Source: Octopus bimaculoides (Eukaryota). Taken from it: DNA of 43,387 bases. The position numbers and the translations under genes were made by a program. Below the pieces are notes generated by a model. The model saw only the letters and a program-made list of their open reading frames with translations. It was not told the origin of the DNA and made no database searches. This document shows positions 12,093-23,720 of the stretch, piece by piece. The DNA lies in the NCBI RefSeq assembly GCF_001194135.2, contig NC_068996.1, positions 46,848,651-46,892,037 of the forward strand. Direction: 5' to 3'. Positions within the stretch are counted from its first letter, which is position 1. Each line of letters starts with the position of its first letter.

Positions 12093-12478
12093 TGTTGTTG
12101 TTGGCATTCCGTCGCTTACGACGTCGAGGGTTCCTGTTGATCCGATCAACGGAACAGCCTGCTCGTGAAATTAACGTGCAAGTGGCTGAGCACTCAACAG
12201 ACACGTGTACCCTTAACGTAGTTCTCGGGGATATTCAGCGTGACACAGAGGGTGACGAGGCTGACCTTTTGAATTACAGGCACAACAGAAACAAGAAGAA
12301 AGAGTGAGAGAAAGTTGTGGTGAAAGAGTACAGCAGGGTTCGCCACCATCCCCTGCCGGAGCCTCGTGGAGCTTTAGGTGTTTTCACTCAATAAACACTC
12401 AACGCCTGATCTGGGAATCGAAACCGCGATCCTGTGACCGCGAGTCTGCTGCCCTAACCACTGGGCCATTGTGCCTCC
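12093..12478 (-). mobile_element. SINE family C with tRNA-Arg-like head and (CAA)n tail
   Basis: Minus strand reads ggaggcacaatggcccagtggttagggcagcagactcgcggtc...ggtttcgattcccag. ~11-bp TSD tcttga(t/c)atgt at 12082-12092 and 12479-12489. Confidence 0.8.
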
Positions 12479-12752
12479 TCTTGACATGTAGGATTCTGTA
12501 AACAAAAGCCTTATTCTAATGGTGTTTTTTTTTTGTTTCCATTTCATTACACAGCCATATCTAGGCCCAGTTTGTTGTTTGATACACAAGAGGATTATTA
12601 TTATTACTTTGCCTGGAAACAGGTGAGGGTTAGTGACAGGATAGGCATCAGAACATAGGAAATCTACCTCAATAAAGTTGATCCAACTCGTGCAAGCATG
12701 GACAAGTGGATGTTAAGATGATGATGATGGCAATACAAATATGCGTACTTAC

Positions 12753-13080
12753 TGAAGCTCAACGGCAAAACCATTCCCAAGAATGGTAGTCTTCTCCCAA
12801 CCATTTCTCTAGGTGGATTTTTCAGCTGGGTCAGCAAAAATAAGCTAATACCATAGCTAACTGTACTGCCTATATATTTGCAGGAAGTGCAGTCACCTTC
12901 CTGAATCCGAAATGCGTTTTCTAACCAAGGATATTTTTCAGTAAGGAATGAAGGAATGGGTGTAGGTTCTAGAATGTTCTTCTCTGACACATCATCATCA
13001 TCATTGTTTGAATCTGGTGAAGTTGAAAATATCACTTGTCCGTCATTTTTGAGTCCCAGAAACTTTTTTATAACATCCAT
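12753..13080 (-). CDS. DMAC1: DMAC1/DUF4536-like mitochondrial membrane protein, coding exon 1 (MDVIKKF...DCTSCKYIG...VLPLSF)
   Basis: ATG at 13080. The CxxC motif DCTSCKYIGSTVSYGISLFLL followed by a hydrophobic segment matches the DUF4536 pattern (DC.SCR...G.G). Donor A|GTAAGT at 12753/12752 (phase 1). Acceptor ttgacAG|G at 13095/13094 lies just upstream of the ATG. Confidence 0.8.
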
Positions 13081-13229
13081 TATGATGTATTTTCCTGTCA
13101 ATAGATTTTATAACAATTAACGAAAATAAATATTATGTAAAATGAACACTCAGCATACAAATAAAATAAGAAACATATTAATAATACCACAGATATACAC
13201 AACAATGAAAACATGACTAAATTAGCTCG

Positions 13230-13926
13230 TTAACCTTTTAGCATTTAGATTACCCTGACAAATGTAATTTTATTTATTCTTAATTGTTTTGAATTTATCA
13301 AGTATTATCTCATAGATTTTGATGACGTGATTGTTTATTCTTAGAATGACATTGTAGGATAGGTATAAGGTGTCAGATATGGCTGGTTTAACCTTTTAGC
13401 ATTCGGGTTACTCTGTTAAATGTAATAATTACACATTATCTCACAGCTTTGAGATTTTTATGATGTGATTATTTTTAGAATGACATTATAGGGTAGGTAT
13501 GAGATGTAAGATAAGGCGGTGAGCTGGCAGAAACGTTAGCACACCAGGCAAAATGCTTAGCAGTATTTTGTCTGTCTTTATGTTCTGGGTTCAAATTCTG
13601 CCGAGGTCGACTTTGCCTTTCATCCTTTCGGGATCGATAAATTAAGTACCAGTTATGCACTGGGGTCAATGTAATCAACTTAATCCCTTTGAAAGTCCTT
13701 GTTTGTCCCCTCTATGTTTAACCCCTTGAGGGCAATAAAGAAATAAGATATGGCTGGTTTAACCCTTTAGCATTCAGGTTACTGTCAAATGTAAATACTT
13801 ATTTATGCACTAGGTTTTGAAATAATTACACATTATCTCATAGCTTTTGATAATGCAATTGTTTGTTTTTAGAATGACATTTTAGGGCAAGTGTGAAAGG
13901 CTGCATTTGGCCAATTTAAATGCTAA
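13230..13926. mobile_element. piggyBac-type MITE head-to-tail trimer with a nested SINE A (~13515-13745)
   Basis: Unit starts ttaacc(t/c)tttagcatt at ~13230, ~13388 and ~13759. Confidence 0.85.
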
Positions 13927-14401
13927 TACACCAGTATGGAAAAAGAACTTTCAGTTTATCTGATACCCAACCATGACCACCTTGCCTTCTCACCTTACTG
14001 CTCCTGTTTACATTATCCATTATGTCATTTTTACAGATAGTAATGTTGACTTGAGGCGATTTGGCTGCTGTTTCTAGCAAATCAAGAAACCACATAGACC
14101 GGCTCTTAATGGCTCAGTTTCTCATATTTTTACATGTGGTGGTTATTGCTATTGTTTAGCCCTAGGTCTGCCTGGATCAAATAGACCTATGATCAAAAGT
14201 GTTCTACTGATGACCATCCTGTCTATTTTGTATATCTAGGACTACATTGCCCTGAAGGCAGTGTGTGATTTGAGTAAGATTTGGCTGCTGTTTCTATTGA
14301 ATAAACATGCTGGGGCTCCCTCATTCCCATTTGCAGCTAAGTTTAACCTTACTGTACACAAAAATTTAAAATTAATCATAATGTTACAATTTACATTTGT
14401 G

Positions 14402-14730
14402 AAGGCATGTGGCCAAGTGGCTAGGGTGTTTGGCTCATGATTGTAAGATCATGAGTTCAATACCAGGTGGTGTGTCGTGTCCTTGAGCAAGACACCTTAT
14501 TTCATGTTGCTCTGGTCCACTCAGCTGGCAAAAATGAGTTCTACTAAAAATTCTAAAGGGTTAGTCTTATCACATTCTCTGTATCATAACACTGAATCTC
14601 CCTGGGAACTACATTAATGGTGTTCGTGTCTGTGGAGCACTCAGCCACTTGCATGTTAATTTCACGAGCAGGATATTCTGTTGATAAGATCAGCTGGAAT
14701 ACTCATTGTAACTGATGGAATGCTTGTTTT
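14402..14730 (+). mobile_element. SINE with a CORE-like central domain and the same tail as family C, decayed
   Basis: tRNA-like head, then gtgtccttgagcaagacac (CORE-like), then ctgtggagcactcagccacttgcatgttaatttcacgagcagg, shared with 12093-12478. Confidence 0.7.
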
Positions 14731-14919
14731 GACAATTTACAAATATAAAAAAGATATTTTCTCAAACGTGAGAGTGTGTGCTCCCGATTAATATCAGAGA
14801 CATTAAACCAAAGACCATGCTTTCATTTAGATATATGAAAAAGATTAAACACAATTCTCTGCTCTCTCTACCTTCCAGTTGAGAGGTTTTTGTTTTGCAA
14901 GGTACTTGGTGACTCAGTC

Positions 14920-15050
14920 AGCACTGCTTCTATGTAAAAAAGCATCCAGTGCACTCTGTAAAGTAGCTGGTATTAGGAAGGGCATCCAGTTGTAGAAACC
15001 ATGCCAAAACAGACAATGGAACCTAGTGTAGTTCCTGGCCTTACTGGCTC
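14920..15050 (+). mobile_element. RTE tail fragment
   Basis: tattaggaagggcatccagttgtagaaaccatgcc. Confidence 0.7.
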
Positions 15051-15722
15051 CACCATGTTATTGTGCAAGGACTGTAACAACCATCTCAATGACTGCGACA
15101 AAAATATTTGATAAACAAGTTTGCTTTTTTAATACAAACCGACGTCTCATGTGAGTAGTCAAAGTAGATATAAGTAAATGCGGACTTAATTTCTAAAAAT
15201 TCATTGTCACCCACAAAATGTTCATATCGCCCACCATTTTCTAGAAATTAGCCCATCGCCCACCAGTGGGCAATATCACCCACTTTGGGAACCTATGCTG
15301 TAGAAAAGGGTGTCAGAGGATATATTAGAACCAGGGTCCACTTGATGCTTGGGTGTCTTGGACTAGCTGCAAAGGAGAGGAAAGATGTTGCCAGAAAATT
15401 GTCAGAAGCCACTGAGAAAGCAAGCCATTATATCTGACCTAGAGTCACAATGTCTGACTCAAAACTCATACTGTTTAGCAAGAGTTTTATCACCTACATC
15501 AGTGGGTGACTCTGGGTAGTTCTGGTGTCATAGTGGAAGGGACTTAACTAGTGGTAAATCTGTGACAAAATAACCTCAAAAAAATCGATTCTTGATATCT
15601 TTGATTTGAAATGTAACTCAATCAACTTAAGTAGAATATGAATTGAAAAATGAAATTAGTGAAGGCTAAATACTGTGAAATAATAGAATGTGCTATAGAA
15701 GAGAACATGTTTTGTCATTATT

Positions 15723-15946
15723 TATTTCTTTATTGCCCACAGGGGGCTAAACATAGAGGGGACAAACAAGGACAGACAAAGGGACTAAGTCGCCCAGTGC
15801 GTAACTGGTACTTATTTAATCGACCCCGAAAGGATGAAAGGCAAAGTCGACCTCGGTGGAATTTGAACTCAGAATGAAATACCAGCAGACGAAATACTGC
15901 TAAGCATTTTGCCCGGCGTGCTAACGGTTCTGCCGGCTCGCCACCC
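15723..15946 (-). mobile_element. SINE family A, young copy
   Basis: Reverse complement of 8974-9203. 18-bp TSD acatgttttgtcattatt at 15705-15722 and 15947-15964. Confidence 0.9.
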
Positions 15947-16154
15947 ACATGTTTTGTCATTATTGCTAAGCAGGAGTCTGACTTGGATATGAAGGTCTGG
16001 TATCTTGATGACAACTATGTACCTCTCCTGTGACAGGTTCTAACTACAGCAAAGTTGATATCTGAGGAATTTTGTCATAAGGGGCTTGAAGTAAATAATT
16101 TTAAATGTGAACTTTGGATACCCAACCATTCATCTTTGTCATGAATAATTAAAG

Positions 16155-16328
16155 TAAGCACCCACTACACTCTCTGAGTGGTTGGCGTTAGGAAGGGCAT
16201 CCAGCTGTAGAAACTCTGCCAAATCAGATTGGAGCCTGGTGTAGCCATCTGATTTCACCAGTCCTCAGTCAAATTGTCCAACCCATGCTAGCATGAAAAG
16301 CGGACGATAAATGACGATGATGATGATC
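16155..16328 (+). mobile_element. Short 5'-truncated RTE tail copy
   Basis: agcacccactacactctctgagtgg...catgaaaagcggacg...(gat)n. Confidence 0.85.
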
Positions 16329-16339
16329 CGAATATATAC

Positions 16340-16451
16340 TGAATTCTTCTTTTCCATCATGGTGCCTCTCCTATCAACATGAGCTTTCCTCGCAGCCTCA
16401 ATTTCTGATATAGCTTTACAGACAAGAAAGTAAATTTTGAACACAGTATAT
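16340..16451 (-). other. Candidate upstream (5' leader or uORF-coding) exon of the DMAC1-like transcript
   Basis: Strong acceptor ctttctgctgttttcacAG. Weaker donor TCA|GTATAT. One open frame reads YTVFKIYFLVCKAISEIEAARKAHVDRRGTMMEKKNS. Confidence 0.4.
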
Positions 16452-17329
16452 CTGTGAAAACAGCAGAAAGATGGGAAAAGGTGCCAGCAGATGGCTACAG
16501 AACACAAACCCATATTTTGAACTCACCATTGATTCTAAGATGTTACATTTCAAACAATTACTCACAAACATCAACATAATTTCCCATTAAGGCTTTTTTT
16601 TATTCTTCGGAATTATTTATTCATCTCTCTGTCTACATTCTGAGAGTTAGATCTTCACTTTGATTCCTGTCACACTCTACAACTGTTCAAAACCTAATTT
16701 ATGAGAAACTTGGAAGCTTGAACATGTAAAACTGACTTTAATACCCTTTGCTCAAGTGATTCAAACAGTCTGGGTTCATATAAATGCTCATCTCTATGTC
16801 TTCCTTGTTTCTTTATTCCTCTTTGACAGGTAACATTCTTGCCTTCCTGTATGGACTAGCTCCAACAAGGAAATGAATGAAACTCTGTAACTGTGAAGAA
16901 AGATTGGATTCTTAGCTCTAGGTTGTGGAAAATTTACAGTCAAGACACTTTCAACTCAACTTTTGATCAAACTGATCAATATTCAAAGTGTCACCTACTT
17001 TCATTGAGTGTCGAATTTCCTGGAGATTTGTTTTGTGCTTACCTGTGGCAAACATTTGTAGCTGACTTGGATGATCTTCACATCTCCATTAACTTCTGTG
17101 TTGAAGCTGACATATGTGCGGTGGTGAGGTGGGCAATTCCCTCTATTCTAGAGATCTTCTTGGATTATCATGTCTCAATTAAAAGCAGGGGTATTTTGAC
17201 TGTCACAACTGAGCTTGAATCTCAACATTAAATTACCCTTAACTGTGGTGAAAATTCCCTCAATTTTGGATTAGTGGCATTGTCCTGGGATGATGTGAAG
17301 AAGGCTGATTGACTCGATTTTTGCCCTTG

Positions 17330-19150
17330 GGCCTGAGATGGAAGCTTCTTCGGGGTTTTAGGGACGTCACCAATAACGACTCTATCACACATAATTAATA
17401 CTTTCGGCAGAGGTAAGCTTTAGTACATCCATAGCCGAATAAAGCAATGAAAGAACGTCGTAATCTGTCGTAAAATTGCATTTGACAGTCTGTGACTTGT
17501 GAGAGGTTGTAGAGATACAACGTTCGGAAGGATACCTAGCTGTACCAGCGACACAATCGCCTGTGATAATACCATATTCAAGGATGTCTCAAACAAATTT
17601 TGAGGGGATCACCAGTTTTCTCTGGTGCGTTGTATAACTGAGCGTGCATGCCTCAATAATTTTACCGTTTTCTTTTGTAAATCGTATTCTTTTTCAACAA
17701 ATCATTGCAAATAAACACTAAATAATCCATAGTATTCGATCCAGCACTTAATCACTTTTGCCACTCAGTTTTTAAAATTTACTTTAACTTTTTTGTCCGC
17801 ATACTAGCGAACTTCACATATTCATAATCCCACCTCTCTCTTTCGTGTGTATGTATGTATGTATGTATGCATAGTTGTAGTAATGTTTAGCTGCATTGCA
17901 AAATCTTAAGAAAACATCAGTGATTTGCAGAAAGTTTATCGATACCCGTAATAAACATCAGGTTAATGAGTTAACGAGAGAACTTTCTACAGGGCCACTC
18001 GAAGCCTCTACATGGTCGCTCAACATAGCAACTAAATTTCCATCAAATCACACCCTGCTGTCCTTTGAAACGGATACACCACAGATTATATATTGAGACT
18101 GCGAAAAACAATGTAAAATAAATAAATAAATAAAAACACGATAGATGGTCGCAGTTGGAAAGTCTTTGATCACAAGTCTGCTCAATCATAATTGACTAGG
18201 AAGCAAGTAAATCTTCGTCAAACGATATTCTGTCTTAATTAACAAGACAGAACAGAGTTTGTTTTCATATAATTCTACTTACTTCGCCTTGGTCTTAAAC
18301 GTTTTAAACAACCTTAATATCATAAAAAATGGCAATTTACCAGTCTTTTACATATATACATACACACACACACATAAATATATATATATTAAACGAAATA
18401 ATTACCTGTCTGAAATATATGCGCTGCCTATTTCATTCTAAGTTAGCTAATAATATATATATTACATTNNNNNNNNNNTATATATATACACTTAGGCCAC
18501 CTGAACGCTACGATAAAAAAAAATAGACAAAACAAGAACGAAGTTTGTTTACTAATGAAATGCTGAGATAACAAATATTAAGACGAAATTGAGAATAAAA
18601 AAAGACGTTTTAACGTATGAAAAATATATATATATTAAACGAAATAATTACCTGTCTGAAATATATGCGCTGCCTATTTCATTCTAAGTTAGCTAATAAT
18701 ATATATATTACATTTACAAAACTTGGGTATCGCCTAGTTTCACTTATAAAGCAGTCACCTCTAACACATGCTTAAAAGGTGAACTTTTGTTGTGTCAAAT
18801 AGAGTTATCGTTCGTGGTTGACTGTAAACTGAGATAACTTGAACATCATTAATAATGCAGGTTCCCGGTAATGAATTGAGAAAGCATGATTCGATTGCGA
18901 TTCTCGTTCGAAACAGTTTTCTTATGTTAAGTAATTATCGTGGAGAAAGAAGTGATATAATCATTTTATCGCCGTTCCTAATATAAACTGTAAACTTTTT
19001 GTACGAAAATAATGTCATGTAGTATATAATTTAATTTTCTCTAAATTTTCTTTTCAAAAGATGGGTTAAAATTTTCTTTTTTAAACTTTGGTAAATGAAT
19101 AGCAGCAGAGAATGGTTTAAATAGAAAGCGAGGGATGTTGGGAAGTGGTT
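17330..19150. promoter_or_regulatory. CpG-retaining, promoter-like zone upstream of the DMAC1-like gene (possibly bidirectional)
   Basis: Visibly higher CpG density than the flanks, repeat-poor, and at the 5' side of the minus-strand gene. Function is inferred. Confidence 0.4.
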
Positions 19151-19237
19151 TGTCGTACTTAGTTACGTATTTTTCACGTTCTGAGTTCAAATCGGGCCAG
19201 AGTTACCTATATATTTCCCCCACTTACCTGTAGTCTA

Positions 19238-19271
<34 letters not shown>

Positions 19272-19547
19272 AAAGTATCGATATATATAGAAGATATCGA
19301 TTATTATTTAAGTGAATGAAAAATTTCCGGAAAATATTTTTAAATGAGGAAATGGGGGAGGGGGGAATCGAAATTTTGAATTTGAGATTTTTGAAAAATT
19401 TTTTTCAGAATCGGAATCTCCATAATCTAAAACGTGGGATTCCGTGAAAAAAATAAAATAAGATAAAAATAAGGGGGGAAAGGTTCAGATTACATATTGT
19501 CCATTCATTCATTTATTATTCAGTAAATGGAGATAACTGGAATGTAT

Positions 19548-19757
19548 ACTCTTTTACTCTTTTACTTGTTTCAGTCATTTGGCTGCGGCCATGCTGGAGC
19601 ACCGCCTTTAGTCGAGCAAATCGACCCCAGGACTTATTCTTTGGATGCCTAGTACTTATTATATCGGTCTCTTTGCCGAACCGCTAAGTTACGGGGATGT
19701 AAACACTTCAGCATCGGTTGTCAAGCGATGCTGGGGGGGACAAACACAGACACACAA

Positions 19758-19788
<31 letters not shown>

Positions 19789-19865
19789 NNNNNNNNNNNN
19801 NNNNNNNNNNNNNNNNNNNNNACCATGTGGTTGGTAAGCAAGCTACTTACCACACAGCCACTTCT
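19548..19865 (-). mobile_element. SINE family B, young, with an N gap in the internal microsatellite
   Basis: ttttacttgtttcagtcatt...ggagcaccgcctttagtcgagcaaatcgaccccagg. Confidence 0.9.
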
Positions 19866-20654
19866 GCGTATGGTAAATTAAAACTCACTTTTTTTTTCAG
19901 CAGAAACAAAGAAACTGATTAAGATTGTGCTGTTTTCTTGTGAGCTTCTTGCATTACCTTCCAACCACATTGGCATCAAATCAGCATAGAAGATTTTCAA
20001 GTGTGCAGAAAAGGTTCAAAAAGGTTTCTGCAGTTTTCATCTTTTAAAGTAAACTTTTTACTTGTTAGAAATATTCAGTTTGCTTACTAAATTACAGTAA
20101 TCAAGAAAGAATGCTTTTTTTTTTTTTCTTTTTGAGTTGATTGTTCTGATGAAAGTAATCAAAATGGGGCAGTAAATAACTTGACCGTTCCAATTTGTGC
20201 TGTGTACACTGCATCTGTAGAGATCGTCACTATATACAACTTGAGAAGGGTTGGTTGAGAAGTATTCCAACAAACCCCTCAATCATAGGTACATCAGCTC
20301 ATGTAGTTGCACTTAAACTCAAAAGACGTCAGTAGGAGTTTGATATTTGAATATGAAAGTCAAAGATATCCCAGACATGGCTGGTAAATGAATATGCAGG
20401 CAAAGATTGGTTGTATCAAACAGGAATGTGGAAACCTTTTAAATGCAGGTGTGAGAACCGTGTTCTTTTGCATTTTGTGGATAAAAAAAAAGGGGAATTC
20501 ATATTATTTTGCACTGCTTGATGAACTGGACAAAGATGATGAGGCAACAAAGAAAATCTTGAAACCTGTTCTGAGCAAAGATTCTTTTTTATATACTTAG
20601 GCCTATTCCACATTTTTTTAGGTGGGGGTAGCCACAACAAGACACACACCAGGC

Positions 20655-20902
20655 ATTCCATTCATTTCCCAGCTGAAAGAGGTGAGCCCCTCATTCCATT
20701 CATTTCCCAGCTCAAAGGGCAAGGCCCCTTATTCCATTCATTTCCCAGCTGAAAGAGGTGAGCCCCCTTATTCCATTCATTTCTCAGCTCAAATAGGTGA
20801 GCCCCCTCATTCCATTCATTTCCAAGCTCAAAGAGATGAGCCCCTCATTCCATTCATTTACCCTCATTCCATTCATTTCTCAGCTCAAAGAAGCAAGCCC
20901 CC
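20655..20902. repeat. Minisatellite, 38-39-bp unit, ~6.5 copies
   Basis: attccattcattt starts at 20655, 20693, 20731, 20770, 20809, 20847 and 20866. Confidence 0.9.
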
Positions 20903-21520
20903 AAAAACAACAAGGCAAAGATTTTACATGATTCAAATTTACATTTACTAGATGAGACACCATTGACAGGTATTTCTATTTCCTGTTGATCCATCAATAT
21001 ACAATCCAAATATAAAAACATATACTGGAATAAGGGACAAATCAAAATAACGATGATGCTTAATTGAAGTTTTCTTTTTCTTTTTTAATACATGATTATG
21101 TCCTACTGCAATAATATTGACTACAAAGAAGGCAAAAAAAGGAGCTGACAAATTCAAAAGATGTCAGTTGACAGAAAGCTTAAAGAATTGAATATCATAG
21201 CCAGAAGAAAACGAATGATGGTAATGAGATTGGGAAAGAAGTTATTAAAGTAAAAGAACATGATTAACAGGAATCTCAACAGAGAAACAATGTGCTTGGG
21301 AAGAGAAGTTGGTGACAGGCATTGACAGAAGGTACTAGACCAGAAAGGGCATAAAAGCAATGACCATGGAAATAGAAAAGACACAATGAAGATACATTTT
21401 GATAATATTCTATATTGATAAAATACAGAATTAAAATAAAAAATTGAAATGATGCCTACAGAGTTTTCTGATTGGCTTATAATTACTGATGTTTTCCAGC
21501 ATATTCCATAGTATATTCCA

Positions 21521-21920
21521 GAGTGGCTGCGTGATAAGTAGCTTGCTTACCAACCACATGGTTCCGAGTTCATTCCCACTGCGTGGCACCTTGGGCAAGT
21601 GTCTTCTACTATAGCCTCGGGACGACCAAAGCCTTGTGAGTGGATTTGGTAGACGGAAACTGAAAGAAGCCCGTCGTATATATGTATATGTATATATATA
21701 TATGTTTGTGTTTGTGTGTCTGTGTTTGTCCCCACAACATCGCTTGACAACTGATGCTGGTGTGTTTACGTCCCCCGTAACTTAGCAGTTCAGGAAAAGA
21801 GACCGATAGAATAAGTACTAGGCTTACAAAGAATAAGTCCTGGGGTCGATTTGCTCTACTAAAGGTGGTGCTCCAGCATGGCTGCAGTCAAATGACTGAA
21901 ACAAGTAAAAGAGAGAGTAA
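21521..21920 (+). mobile_element. SINE family B, near full length
   Basis: Head gagtggctgcgtgataagtagc, CORE-like accttgggcaagtgtctt, internal (TA)n, tail ...gactgaaacaagtaaaagaga. Confidence 0.9.
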
Positions 21921-22396
21921 AAGTGTATACATACACCATTGAGGAGCAAAGTGCAACATTTAGACTTGGGTACTGAATGAAAGAGAGATCATGCAATTTT
22001 GGGAAGGGTGCTAAACGAAAGGGGAAGAATTCTATTTAGTGATTTTAACTATAAATGCTTGAAAGCTGGATGTAGGTCAGCGGACAACGGAAAGTGAACG
22101 AGTTTATCTCTGTTGAACTGAATTTAACCTAAGATGTTAAGTTAAACAATAAAACTTATCTAAGTATGAAAGTTGACTCTCATAAATTTCTAAGTGCTAA
22201 TGTTGAGAGGAATGGAAAGGAGTGTACAGAAAAGTCTAGACTAGGGTTTCTATTCCTGGTTAAATATCCAGGAAACAAACTGTTTCATGTATATCGATAA
22301 AATAGATGATGTAGAAGATTTATCATGTGCACCACATGGTGATGGATAAAAGGCAATTGACTATAAATCAAACAGCCAATGCTAACAGCATGTTCC

Positions 22397-22630
22397 ATTT
22401 GTGAACTTGTAAGTTTTTCATCTAAACTGAGTTTAAAGTAATGCCATATTAGTAGGGTAATAAGATATTGATAGGGGAATACCATATTGGTAGGGCAATG
22501 CCATATTGGTAGGGTAATACCATATTGGTAGGGTAATACCATATTGGTAGGGCAATGACATATTGGTAGAGTAATGCCGTATTGGTAGGGCAATGCCATA
22601 TTGGTAGGGCAATGCTATATTGGTAGTGTA
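22397..22630 (-). repeat. Left arm: ~49-bp terminal sequence + ~10 x 19-bp minisatellite
   Basis: Unit ccatattggtagggtaata. Confidence 0.9.
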
Positions 22631-22697
22631 ATGTCTGCTGACACCTGATCAAAAGTGATTAGGTTGATCAGATCATGGGAAAATCTGACATTGTCTG

Positions 22698-23170
22698 ATG
22701 CCAGCTGGTTTTCTTAAATGTTTTCTAACCCAGGATGAGTGTTGGGTTCATCACTTTGAGCCAGAGACAATCCATGCAGTGGAAACACCCATCATCACCT
22801 GCTCCAAAGACAGCTAAGGTAATTTCATTTGCAGACAAGATGATGGCTACAGTTTTTTGGGATGCAAAAAGCATTATGATTGTTGACTACCTTCAAAAAC
22901 ACCACACCATCAATGATGTGTACCATGCCAAGTAACTGAGGCAATTAAGAAAGGTTATCAAAACCAAACGCCCAGGAAAACTGACAACAAGGGTCTTATC
23001 TCATCAGGATAATGTTCCAGCACACAGGTCATTGGTTTCAATGACTGCTGTACTTGATTATTGCTTTGAACTGATTGATCACCATCCCTATCCTCCTGAT
23101 TTGGTCCCATCTAACTATCATTTATTCCCCAACATGAAAAAAACACTTAGTTGGGGACCAGTATTGCAGT
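22698..23170 (+). pseudogene. Mariner (Tc1/mariner) transposase remnant, catalytic domain
   Basis: TQDECWVHHFEPET, QSMQWKHPSSPAPK, MATVFWDAK, HQDNVPAH and HHPYPPDLVPSNYHLFP motifs, with a frameshift and a stop. Confidence 0.9.
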
Positions 23171-23171
23171 G

Positions 23172-23203
<32 letters not shown>

Positions 23204-23720
23204 TTAACGTCCGCTTTCCATGCTAGCATGGGTTGGACAAATTGACTTAGGACTGGTGAACCAGGTGGTTACACCAGGCTCCAATCTGATCTGGCAGAGA
23301 TTCTACAGCTGGATGCCCTTCCTAACGCCAACCACTCCGAGAGTGTAGTGGGTGCTTTTTACGTGCCACCGACACGAAGGCCAGTCAGGCGGTACTAGCA
23401 ATGGCCATGCTCAAATGGTGTTTCTTACGTGCCACCTACACAGGAGCCAGTCCAGTGGCACTGGCAACGATCTTGCTTGAATGTCTTTACACGCGCCACC
23501 GGCACAAGTGCCAGAAGGTGACGCTGGGCACAGGTGCCATCATGATTTCGCTTTCGCTTGCCCCAACAGGTCTTTGCAAGCCAAGTTTCATGTCTAATGA
23601 AAGAGACGACGTTGGCATGGGTACCAATCGTCGAGTTTAGTTCGATTTCCATTTCACTTGCCTCAACAGGTCTTCGCAAGTGGAGTTTAGTGTCCATGAC
23701 ATCATATCTGCTGCTTATGA
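23172..23720 (-). mobile_element. RTE tail copy (long)
   Basis: (cat)n followed by ttaacgtccgctttccatgctagcatgggttgg; matches ~440-940. Confidence 0.9.

Noticed and set aside
12400-12478. tRNA-Arg gene
   Set aside because: The tRNA-like head continues into a SINE body with a (CAA)n tail and a TSD, and there is no intact acceptor stem.
13081-13101. ORF-track start MTGKYII
   Set aside because: It begins at a TTG lying upstream of the AG acceptor (13095), i.e. in intron. The ATG at 13080 is the plausible start. The tail KYAYLYCHHHH is intron read-through.
18379-18714. Identical ~90-bp direct repeat around a 10-N gap
   Set aside because: Perfect identity next to a gap suggests a scaffolding artefact, although a real duplication is not excluded.
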